Assembly (NCBI RefSeq): GCF_004010195.1
Contig: NC_057719.1
Location: 27,415,872 to 27,479,871, forward strand
Origin: Chiloscyllium plagiosum
Taxonomy: Eukaryota
Direction of reading: 5' to 3'
DNA: 64,000 nt
In this document: piece after piece, positions 50,226 to 61,789 of the stretch
Layout: the number at the start of each line of letters is the position of its first letter
How positions within the stretch are numbered: position 1 is the first letter of the stretch
The notes under the pieces: model-generated
Told to the model about the DNA's origin: nothing
The model's database searches: none
What the model saw: the letters and a program-made list of their open reading frames with translations, nothing else
Program-made: the position numbers and the translations under genes

Positions 50226-53149
50226 AGTTTGATTTGATTTATTGCAATCACATCTATCTAAGTACAGTGAAAAGCTTTGTTTGCGAGTAGTACAGACAGA
50301 TCATAGTAAGCAAGTAGATACTGCAGGGATATCTGTAAACTCCCGAGGATTCCCCAATCCTGTTCCTACAGCTTTCAACTCGAGTCCCCGACTGGAGGTG
50401 ATGTGATCTGGCTTCTTCCCATTCTCAGAGCCTGTTTCGGCAATTTGTCTAGGAGAATGGAAGTGAATGTGTGGCTGATCAGTGATTTCTGAAGGCCTGG
50501 GCTTTGTTCTGATGATTGGAGGATCCTAGGATTCATGGGCTGTCCATACATCACCACTAGGAATATGCTACATGGAGATCTGGAGGATTCCTTCATTGGC
50601 AGTTTGGATGAGGCCTTCCAGTGCATGAACGAACATGGGGTGTACAAAGGTCTCATTTCCCCAGCTACGTGGGCTGAACACACACACACACACACACAGA
50701 GATTACAGGGAACATTGGCTGAAAATGCAAAGAAAAATCAAACATCTTCCAATGCGTGTGGGCAGTCACGCATTTGACACCTTTGTAATTTGACATAAAT
50801 CCAACCCCACACCGTTAATGGAAATGGGTGTGTCAAACTCACACAAGATACTCCACAGATGTTGCTTCTATTCAGCACTTCTTTGCTAAACCTGCCGGTA
50901 CCTGTTTTACCACCTCCAAGCAATTTAAAATGGTAATAACCCAGCAATTCGGCAAAAAGTAGAAAACTAAATATTTTTGAACATTCGGGAGTAGATGGCT
51001 GCTAAAATGTTATGTTAAAACCTGGATTTCAAACTATCTCACTAACACCTTTTTAGTACCATTTCACTCTTCCACCAAAATAATGAGCTCATGATCAGAG
51101 CAAGCTTTCTTCTCTATTTCTCAAATTGATGTAAACTTTACTATTTAACTATTAATCATCACATAAAATCCAACCCTACAAGCAGTGACAAGTTCTTCCA
51201 GCTATGATTAGTGGTAGAATCCAGCTGGCATCCATCTAGCTCAAGATTTCATTACATGTAATAACTTCATGTCATGAAGGTATAAAAGAAAGTTTGAAAC
51301 TTTTGAAAATTTACAGATCTGTCATGGCCCTGGAAATTTTAAGGGAAGAAATATTTTTCAGATCACAAATAAAATATCCAACAGGGTATCCTTGCCTCAT
51401 GCGGCAATGCTTATATTATTCTCATAACATAAGAATCTAACTGTAATGACATGGTATTGAAGAATCTAACAAATATTAGTATAATTGGCAATTATGTATA
51501 ATTATTACACTCACAGACATAGAAGTGTCTGCTATTCAGCTATTTCATTATAATAGCACAACATGAGATTGTGTCAGACCAATGTTTTCAATAGACTGTC
51601 ATTCTTCAAATGATCCCTAGCAAGATGGTGACTATATTCTTTATTCCCTCAGGTTATATGCCATGATACAGTGATGATATCATGTGCATGTCTCTTAAAG
51701 ATATACTGGCATACTATTTTGCTTAAAGGTATGCTTATATTCTGACTGTAAGAAACAAAACAAACTCTTCCTTTCATTGCAAAAGCAAAACCTATATCAA
51801 ACTAATACTCTAATTGAGACAAACAATTTCACTTATTTGACGGAACAGAATTCCACTGCCTCCTGAATGAAGCACTGGCAAAACAAAAGGTTAAAACTTG
51901 CCCCTCAAGCAGCAGATTACAAAGATTACATAAACTGGATTTTATATTAAATGGAAAGTTCATGGTACTTATCTCTAATGATAACATCAGCTAAACTCTA
52001 TTCAACAATAATCAGTCAATATGAATGTTAACAACCAATCCAATTTGATTTTTCTTTGTGATTCTTCGGAATTGATTTCTGTTTGGACAGCTAAAGTTTG
52101 ACATCTGAAACTATTCCATTCTATGAAGTACATTTTGCAAATAAATCATAGCTAGATTCACTGGCACACCACAATCCTAACTGACAGTTTTTGATTTGCT
52201 TCCAAAATTGTAAAATTGTGAAAGGTTCAGTTCATAAAATTGATAATCCGTGTTTGCAATAATTGTGATTTAAGTTTCATATTAAGTGTCAATGTCAACA
52301 CTGCAGATAAATCTCAATGAATGACAGTACAATTTTATTATATATATAAAATCCAAGTGGCACAAAATTGTATAATGTGAAACAGAATTGCAAACCACAA
52401 AAATAGAAATTGATTATGAAAAATGCAGCACATACAATACTTGAAGACTTGTGCCACTACTGAAAAGAAAAATGAATAAATCAATACAGAGGAGCTACAA
52501 ACTAACAATATAATTGCAATTTGAATTATGTGAAGCATTATGTGAACAATATTGAGTACCTCATCACATTGCCCAAATCCTTGAATTCCACTGCTAGGTA
52601 ATAACTCACTCTTTTCTTGTGCTAAGTGAGCAATATTTGGAAATGTCTTATTCTTGCCCAGGAAATAATGTGAATTTTGATTATGCATTCTTGACACAAA
52701 AAAATCAATTTTTGTATCAATACTGTCAATACATTACATGACAGGCAAAAGACAGGTTAGAAGAAACAAGGGAAATTTCTTTCAATTCTAATGACATTCA
52801 ACATTTTCAGACATTGTAATGCCACAAGAAGTTTGTCTGAAGAGCATTTCTGGAGATAGGTTACCCCTATTATTGGAGTATTGACGCATTTCATTAGGAA
52901 TATTTTCAAAACGTCATAAGACAGAACATTTTATTCAATACACATCATTACAATAATGCCTGACCTGAAGATTTATTGTTATTTTTATTACTCTTTCATG
53001 CAAGAGGACAGACATATCTCTGCCAACAATGTTTTGACAATTTATAGGCAACTTTCCCTATAATCTGCACTTTCTCCTTATGATAACATGCCTGTGCCTT
53101 TTCTCTTTTTTTTGAAAGACATGGGAGGTCATGACAAAACATATTATTA

Positions 53150-53825
53150 TCAGTGTAGAACAGAGAATCCAAAGGGTTCAGGTGCATAATTCTTTGAAAT
53201 TTGCATCACAGATAGACAGGGTGTGTAAGAAGGTGTTTAGCATTCTTGCCTCAAAAGCTCAGACTTTTGAGTATAGGTGTTGAGGCATCATGTTGAGATT
53301 GTGCAGGATGTTGATGAGGCATCTTCTGGAGTACTGGTCATCCTACTATAGGAAGGATGTTATTAAGCTGGAGAGGGCTCAGAAAAGAGTTATTCAGGGT
53401 GTTGCTAGGAATGGACAGTTTGAGTTATAAGGAGAGGTTGGGACTTCTTTCGTTGGAGCATAGTAGGTTGAGTGGTGACCTTACAGAAGTTTATAAAATC
53501 ATGAAGGGCATAGTTAAGGTGAAAGTCAGGTGTCTTTTTCCAAGGATTTCAAGACTACACATTTTTTAAGGTGAGAGGAGAAAGATTTAAGTAAGACTTT
53601 TTTAATTAGGATGTTTTGTGTATGGAATGAATTTCCAGAGGAGGTGGTGGATGCAGGTACAATGTTTAAAAGACATTTGGATAACTATATGAATAGGAAA
53701 GGCTTGAAGGGAAATAGGCCAATGCAGGCTGGTGGGACTAGTTTAGTTTGGGAATATGGTCAGCGTGGACTAGTTGGACCGAAGGGTCTGTTTCCATGCT
53801 GTATGACTCTTTGACTGTATGACTC
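53150..53825 (+). mobile_element. CR1 3' fragment
   Basis: SYKERLGLLSLEHSRLSGDLTEVYKIMKG; tail ctgtatgactc. Confidence 0.88.
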
Positions 53826-53829
53826 CATG

Positions 53830-54495
53830 TGAGGATATCATGCGTATGTCAAATGATTCCCTCTCAGCATTTCTAGCATTGCTCCTTGGAAAATCTCTGG
53901 TGCAGAGGAGATTTATACATGGTAATGATTTATACATGGTAATACAGCCTGAATGGCGTAATAAATGTCATCAGCAATTTTAACACATACTCTAGAGATA
54001 TCTGCCAGAACCCATTGGCATGCAATTTTATGAAGAACATGTTGGTTACCAATTTTGTCAAGCTATTGTCGATTGACGAAATGAGATGGACATCCCTCTT
54101 AACTCTTTTGTTTTAATGAGTAAAGTCAACAGACAATCTTAGTTCTCCATTTTTCTTGGAAATAATTAGCTCTGAACACCACTGTGTTTGTTCTGACATT
54201 ATTGATATGACCATCCTTTCAATTCTGCTGTTTGAAATTCTACTTTCCCATCAAAGGATGAAGAATTGACTGAGAATAGATAAACACATGGGTTTAATAT
54301 CTTCTTGCAGAGTGATTAGATACTCCTGCTTAGGTTTACCTAAACCTTTGAATAATTTTGGAAATTCTGCCTGAAATTCTATCCAATCTTCATTCTGAAG
54401 TATTGTATCTATCCTCTCTAAGAGTCCTAGACAAGTCCATATAAGTCTGCTCACCAATGAGACTTTCTAACTTCTCAGTATAATGTCTCATGAGA
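53830..54495 (-). mobile_element. Gypsy LTR-retrotransposon RT relic
   Basis: FQAEFPKLFKGLGK, KKNGELRLSVDFT, NGFWQISL, TFITPF and ISSAPEIFQ motifs with stops and frameshifts. Confidence 0.8.
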
Positions 54496-54499
54496 ATAT

Positions 54500-56180
54500 A
54501 GAGAGCCAATGGATGTTATCTACCTGCACTTCAAGAAGGCCTTTGACAAGATGGCGCGCAGGAGGCTACTGAGTAAGATAATGGTCCATGGTATTAGAGG
54601 CAAGGTGCAAGCATGGATAGACGCTTGGCTGTCTGGCAGAAAGCAGAGAGTGGGGATAAAAAGGGTCCTTCTCAGGATGACAACTGGTAACAAGTGGTGT
54701 TCCGCAAGACTCAGTTTTGGGATCATAACTTTCACTTTATACATTAACAATCTTGATAAAGGAACTGAGGGCATTCTAGCTACATTTGCAGACAATACAA
54801 AGATAGGTAAGGGACAGGTAGCATTGAGGAGGCAGAGAGGCTGCAGAAGAATTTGGGCACATTTGAAGAGTGGGCAAAGAAGTGGCAGATGGAGTACAAC
54901 GTGGGAAAGTGTGAGGTCATGCACTTTGTTCGGAAAAATAGAGGCATGGACTATTTCCTAAATGGGGAGAAAATTCAGAAGTCTGAAGTGCAAAGAGATT
55001 TGAGGGTTATAGCCCAGGATTCTCTCAAGGTAAACTTGCAGGTTGAGTCAGTAATTAGGAAGGCAAATGCAATGAGGACTGGTCTCCTTCCTATCGGAAG
55101 GATGTTGGGAAACTTGAAAGGATTCAGAAATGATCTACAAGGATGTTGCCAGGGTTGGAAGATTTGAACTATGGCTGAACAGGCTGGGGTTGTTTTCCCT
55201 GGAGCGTCGGAGGCTGAGAGGTGACCTCATAGAGGTTTATAAAATCATGAGGGGCATGGATAGGATAAATAGACAATGTCTTTTCCCTGGGGTGGGGGAG
55301 TCCAGAACTAGAGGGAACAGGTTTAGGGTGAGAGGGAAAAGATATAAAAGGAACCCAAGGGGCAACTTTTTCACGCAGAGGGTGGTGGGTGTATGGAATG
55401 AGCTGCCAGAGGAAGTGATGGAGGCTGGTACAATTGCAGCATTTAAAAGGCATCTGGATGGGTATATGAATAGGCAGAGGTTAGAGGGATATGGGCTAAG
55501 TGCTGGCAAATGGGATGAGATTAAATTAGCATAACTGGGCAGCATGGACGAGTTGGACCAAAGGGTCTGTTTCCGTGCTGTGCATCTCTCTAACTTGAAT
55601 ATAAGAGCCAGGATGTTCTTCTGAGGCTCTAGTCATTTAAATTTGGAGTGTCGTGTGTAGTTTTGGACCCCATACATCAGGAAGGATGTGCTGGCCTTGG
55701 ATTTCACAGGAGGTTTATGAGAATGGTCCCCGGAATGAAAAGCTTAACTTTTGAGGAAAGTTTGAGGACTCTGGGTTATACTCAATGGAGTATAGAAGGA
55801 TGAGGGGGGAATCTAATTGAAACATACAGAATACTGAATGACCTGGACATAGTAGATGTTGGGAAGACGTTTCCATTGGTAGGAGAGACTAGGACCCAAG
55901 GGCACAGCCTTAGAGTAAAGGGAAGACCTTTTGGAATGGAGATAAGGAGAAACTTCTTCAGCCAGAGAGTGGGGAATCTATGGAATTCATTGCCACAGAA
56001 AGCAGAGGAGACCAGATCATTGAGTATGTTTAAGACTTAGATAGATAGATTTTTGAATATCAAGGGGATCAAGGGTTATGGGGAGAAAGCGGGAAAATGG
56101 GATTGAGAAACATATCCCAGAGTGGCAGAGCAGAATTGATGGGCTGAATGGCCCAATTTCTGTCCTATGTCTTATGGTCT
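54500..56180 (+). mobile_element. CR1 (RT to tail) with a second CR1 3' end nested at about 55075-55590
   Basis: LHFKKAFDK and FADNTK; ORF 55130..55534 belongs to the insert; host resumes at 55597 and ends tatgtcttatggtct. Confidence 0.88.
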
Positions 56181-56495
56181 AAAATAAGAAATAGGAGCAG
56201 AGTATGCCATTCAGTCTACCAACCTATCCCTCCATTCTATAAGATCCTGGCTGTTCAGCCCTCGGTCTCAAATCCTCTTCTGTGCCAGTTCCTCATAACC
56301 CACAACTTCTCAACATTTCAACAATTTGCCAACCTCCACTTTAAATTATTTCAGTGACCTAGAGGCCACCACACTCTGAGATTGAGAATTCCAAGTATTC
56401 ACTACCCGCTGGGAAGAAGAAATTACTTCGCATCCTAGTTTTAAGTGAGTGCCCCCTTATCCTGTAACTATTTTGCCTAGTTTGAGATGCCCATA
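56180..56495 (-). mobile_element. CR1 3' tail fragment
   Basis: ataagaaataggagcagagtatgccattcag tail, tail-to-tail with the preceding copy. Confidence 0.7.
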
Positions 56496-57137
56496 TGAAT
56501 GATGGTACCACAGTTTATCTCCCCTCCACTCAGGCATCACCAACAAATGATTCTATTCACTGTTATCAAACTCAGTCCTTCCCTTTATCTCATTACAGGA
56601 AAAATGGCCCACAAATTCCATCCACCCTCAAATTGATGTCAGTACAGCATTCCATGACATACCTGCAATATCCAGACTGGTTGCATTTAATTCTAGACTG
56701 CAAGGACATGGATTGCTGGGATGAAGGAGGACCAATGCCCAACCCCCAGACTGGAATCAGATGATTCCCTTAACTGTGTATGATGGCACCCTCTGACTGA
56801 GCATGGACGCCTTGATTCCACCAAAAACAGGTCTCCTTTGACTTTCAGATATGGCCAGTTGGTTGAAGCATTATGCAGTGTGTAAAATGTTACCAATTTC
56901 TCTCAGTGTGAAATTCATGTAGCACAGTGCAGTAATAAATTTCCATCCATTTGACTGTTCAGTGCTCCAAACCACAGCAAGCTGCCTTCCTCTCTTTCTG
57001 TACTAAAAATAACAAGCTGTATCGGCTGGAAACCTCCAAACCTCCAAAATGAATGCGTGCTAAGTGCATTAGATGCCTCCAGCAGAGATGCATGAGGTAT
57101 ATGTGTGTCTGTCCCTGCAATCCAAAGCATGCCTTAC

Positions 57138-57397
57138 CAATGCAAGTCATAAGCGTACCTGAGCTCCGATATGAAATCCTGAAGTGCTGTCTGATCCGTT
57201 TGCAAAGCAGCCATGATGATATGCTGAAGCTGGTGTTTTGTCAAGGCCCATTTGTGTGGACAAGGGTGAAGAAAGACAGTGTCCATGAAGCATTCTGGAA
57301 TATTGTGGCTGTCAAAGGCCTGGCAAAGCAAACAGCAGGTTGCTGCAACCAGGCGACTGCTCTGACTTTCCCATTGGGAATTGCTGTTGTCTGGGAA
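57138..57397 (-). CDS. Candidate internal coding exon A of an unidentified host gene (FPDNSNSQWESQSSRLVAATCCLLCQAFDSHNIPECFMDTVFLHPCPHKW...QDFISELRYAYDLH)
   Basis: Non-repeat sequence. Branch-like CTCAC plus ttaatttctgtgcag acceptor (exon starts 57397). Only one frame is open (phase 0). Two phase-2 donors: CAG|gtacgc after 57159 and TTG|gtaagg after 57138. Protein not recognised. Confidence 0.7.
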
Positions 57398-57439
57398 CTG
57401 CACAGAAATTAAGTGAGTTTATCAAATAATGAGACAACA

Positions 57440-57815
57440 GCATTAGGAATAGGAGTAGGGTATTCTGCACCTCAAACCTGTTCTACCATTCAATCAGGTC
57501 ATGGCTGATCTGTGTCCAAACTCCATGCCTTTGGCCCACATCCCTTTATAATGCTGCTTAACAAAAACTTATCCGTCTCTGCTTTAAAATTAACAACTGA
57601 TCTAGCACATACTGCTGTTTGTGAAAGAGAGATCCAAACATTTACCAACCTTTGTGTGGAGAAGTGCTTCCTGACATCATTCCTGAACGGTCTGGCTCTA
57701 ATTCTCAGACTATGCCCCCTAGTTCCAAAATCCTCAAACAGTTTATCTTCATTTTCCCAGCCTTTTCCCAGTAATATCTTGAAGGCTTTGATCAGAGCAT
57801 CCGTTAACCTTCCAA
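57440..57815 (-). mobile_element. CR1 3' fragment just upstream of exon A
   Basis: TRGHSLRIRARPFRNDVRKHFSTQRLVNVW. Confidence 0.85.
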
Positions 57816-58444
57816 AGAGTGTTAAGAGCAGCTCATTAGCAAGATTCAGAGCTTGCTGTTTAAATACTAAGGGGAAAATGAGAACATTTTTCTCAATGAC
57901 AGGAACCTGAGTTTTCAATTTTTGTTGTTTTCTCAACTATCTTGCCGTTCCCATGTGCTCAAGGGAGCAGAAAATTCTACCCTTATTTTCTGCACGTTGG
58001 AATGGAACCAGAGACAATCATCTTAATTTTCAGTCTCTAGTTTCTGATACTTTCTGGAGGTCTTGTAGCTAAATAGGTGGCATACTTGCCTTAATGTTCA
58101 GGTTCCACTTTAGGACTTGTTGGTCATGGGCAAGTTAGTAATCAGCCTACTAACCCTCGCAAATCTTCCCCACTGTAGCCAAAAGGAGAAGAAAATGCAT
58201 GAAAGTACAAAACACATAAATTGATCGTATTGCCACTGGAAGCAGTTTCTCCTCATTTATACCATCAAAACCCTTTGTGATTATAAAGAGGTTTATCCAT
58301 CTCCCCTGCTCGAAGGAGAGTAATTCCAATATCTCAAAGTATATGTCAGCCATGACACAATTCTTAGTGATTTAGCTGTGAGTCACAAAGGCCATTGGTT
58401 CCACCCCAGGGGCTGAATTTTACTCTCTCCCAGGTGTGAAACAG

Positions 58445-61220
58445 CAGACCATAAAATATAGGAACAGACTTCGGCCATCTAGCCCATCGAGTCTGCTCCA
58501 CCAGTCAATCATGGCTATTATGTTTCTCAACCTCATTCTCCCGCCTTCTCCCCATAACAGTTGATCCCCTTAATAATCAAGCACCTATCCATCCCTGTCT
58601 TAAAGACACTCAATGATTTGGCTTCCACAACTTTCCATGGCGTTTTTCATCACCCTCTGGCTGAAGAAATTCCTCCTCATCTCGGTTCTAAAAGGTCATA
58701 CTTTCACTCTGAGGCTGTGCCCTCGGGTCCTAATGGAAACATCTTCTCCACATCCATTTTATCCAGACATCTCAGTACTCTGTAAATTTTAATGAGATTC
58801 TCAAGTCCCTCACGGCCCTGCCAACCCCCAATCCTTTTAAACTCCATCAAGTTCAGACTCAGAGTTCTTCATTTCTGGGATCATTCTGTGAACTTCCTCT
58901 GGACCCCTTCCACCGCTAGCACACTCCACATACTGGGCCCAGAACTAACTGCTCACAATATTCCAAATGCTGCCCAACCAGCTGTATACATCTATTTTTG
59001 TATTCTTGCCCTCTCGAAATAAATGCTAACATTTGCCTTCCTGCCAACTGAACCTATATGTTAACCTTAACAGAATCCTAAACTAAGACTTCTAAGTCCC
59101 TTTGTGCTTCAGATTTCAGAAGTCTTTTCCCATTTAGAAAATGATCAATGCATCCATTCTTCCTACCAAAGTGCATGACTTCACAATTTCCTACATTGCA
59201 TTCCATCTGCCACTTCTTTGCCTACTCTCCCAGTCTGTCCAAGTCCTCCTGCAGCCTCCCCACTTCCTCAACACTACCTGTCCCTCCACCTATCTCTGTG
59301 GCATCTGCAAACTTAGCAACGACACCCTCCACAAAACTCTATGTCACCAGCTGCCATCCTGAAAAACACACATTTATCCCATTTCTGTCTTCTTCAGTTA
59401 ACCAATCTTCTACCTATGCCAGTACCTTCTCCCTAACATGATGGACTCTCATCTAATTGAGGAGTTTCCTGTCTGACATCCATTGTCTAAACTGCTCATT
59501 ACCTCAAAATCTAACAGAGCTGTCAGGCATGACCTCCCCTTAATGTAATCCATGCTACCTCATCCCTATTTTGCCATGTATTTCTAAATACTCCACAATA
59601 TCATGGACCCTTTAATAATGGACTCTAAAATCTTATCAACAATCAGGGTCAGGCTAACCGGGCCTTTATTTCTGTGTCCTCTGTCTTCCTCTCTTCTTAA
59701 GTAGGCATGTTACATTTGCCATTTTCCAGTGCTGTGGAACCCTCCCTGACACCAGTTATTCCTAAAAAGATAACCACCAATGCCTCTACAATTTCCTCAG
59801 CTTCTCCTTCAGGGGTGAAGTCAATCTAGTCTGGATGATTAGTCCGGTGTGGCCTCCTCTATATTGGGGAGACAGGCCGCCTACTTGCGGAGCGATTCAG
59901 GGAGCACCTCTGGGCCACCCGGACGAACCAACCCAACCAACCTGTGGCACAGCATTTCAACTCCCCCTCCCACTCCACCGAGGATATGCAGGTCATTGGA
60001 CTCATCCACCGCCAAAAACTAAGACTTCTAAGTCCCTTTGTGCTTCAGATTTCAGAAGTCTTTTCCCATTTAGAAAATGATCAATGCATCCATTCTTCCT
60101 ACCAAAGTGCATGACTTCACAATTTCCTACATGTTACATTTGCCATTTTCCAGTGCTGTGGAACCCTCCCTGACACCAGTTATTCCTAAAAAGATAACCA
60201 CCAATGCCTCTACAATTTTCTCAGCTTCTCCTTCAGGGGTGAAGTCAATCTAGTCTGGATGATTTATCCAACTCAAACCTTCCCTTGCACCTTCTCTTTA
60301 GTGCCAAACACTACAGTCACCCTTGCCTCTCTCTTATCTTTAAGATCCACATAAACTCTTGTAATATTCTTTTGTATTACTAGTTAGCATTCCCTCGTAT
60401 TTCATCTTTTCTCCTTTTATTGATTTTTTTTTCCAAAATGTTGTCTTCTGCTAGTTTTAAAGGCTTCCAAAGTCCTTTGACTTCCCACGAATCTTCACCA
60501 CATTGCTTGCTTGCTCTTTTTGCTTTTATGCTGTCTCTAACTTCCCTTGTCAGCTATGATTGCCTCGTCCTCCCCTTTCTCCTTCGGATGAATTTCTGCT
60601 GTGCCTCCTGAATTACCCCAGAAACTCCTGCCTTTACAGACCGCCATCTTCCCTGCTAAACTCCTCCTCCAATCAACTCTGGCCAGCTCGTCCATCATGT
60701 CTTCATGGTAACCTTTGCTCAATTATATTACAGTTACATCTGATTCAACCTTCTCCCTCTCATATGATTTCTATCATATTATAGTCACAGCCCTACACGT
60801 TCCTTTACCTCAAGTTTCCTCATCAAGTCTGCCTCATTACACATCACCAACTCCAAACTGCTCCAAGAAATCATTTTGTCGATATTATACCAAATTCTTT
60901 TCTTGGGATCTTCTATCAACTTGATTTTCCCAGTCCACATGCACTTTGAAGTCCCCCATGATTATTGTAATAGAAATGACAATGTAAGACAGGCGCTACC
61001 TCCTGATTTATTTTTTGACCAATGCTAAGGGGCCTGTACTTAACATCTATCAGGGTCTTTTCTCCTTTGCAATTCTTCCACAGATTCTACACTTTTTGAC
61101 ACTCTAATCGGTTCTTGCTATCAATTTAATCACATTTCATACTAACACAGCAGCCACACCCCCTCTGCATCTGCCTGTCCTTTTGGTAGGACATGTATCC
61201 TTGGATATTTAGTAGGCCTC
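58445..61220 (-). mobile_element. Old CR1 (APE to tail, many deletions) carrying a local duplication
   Basis: Tail at 58445, FAD near 59305, IIMGDF near 60950, LNIQGYMSYQKDRQ near 61190. Confidence 0.8.
59841..60015 (+). mobile_element. Isolated Penelope GIY-YIG fragment
   Basis: CGLLYIGETGRLLAERFREHLWATRTNQPNQPVAQHFNSPSHSTEDMQVIGLIHRQ, open and CpG-rich. Confidence 0.88.
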
Positions 61221-61789
61221 TTCCTACTACCATGGGGATTTTACCCACAACAAGAAGAAACAACATGTGGTCACCAGGCTTCGAGGTACTGTGCTGAAGG
61301 GGTGCCAATTTGATGGGTGAAGCACGGCCATCAGAAGTCCCCCCAAAAAGGAAATCAACTCCCTCCACATCCTTCCAATAAACCCCAAACAACTAAACCC
61401 ATCACTGAGACTTAACAGCCTGACCCAGATGAAAGCCCAGATGCCAAGGACACCACACCTCCAATTCTAAACACCTCCCTCTCAATCTTGCCACAGATCA
61501 GCAGTGGCAACAATCACAGGCACATGACTAGGACGAAAGGCAGGACTTCATCATCGTGAGAAGTAAATATCCATCTCTGACCAAGGGTCATTAACCATTG
61601 AATATTCACAGTGAAAGCCATTCATTCACATGGGGCTCATCTCTGACTTCTAACTAAGACTATGGAACCACACAGCAGGCTCCAAGCACTCCAGGTGTAT
61701 TATGTCTCCAACAGATGGACTTCAACTCCCCATGGTTCTTATCAACCAAAAAGAAAGAGAACACAAATGAGCAATAACTCATCAGCACC

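Noticed and set aside
51653..51728. Plus-strand exon-like segment (ttattccctcag…AAG|gtatgc)
   Set aside because: Good splice signals but isolated, AT-rich and antisense to the better gene model. Pseudo-exons are common in large introns.
53910..53943. 17-bp tandem duplication gatttatacatggtaat (also small diverged duplications at about 1764-1917 and 13238-13320)
   Set aside because: Ordinary slippage events in dead sequence.
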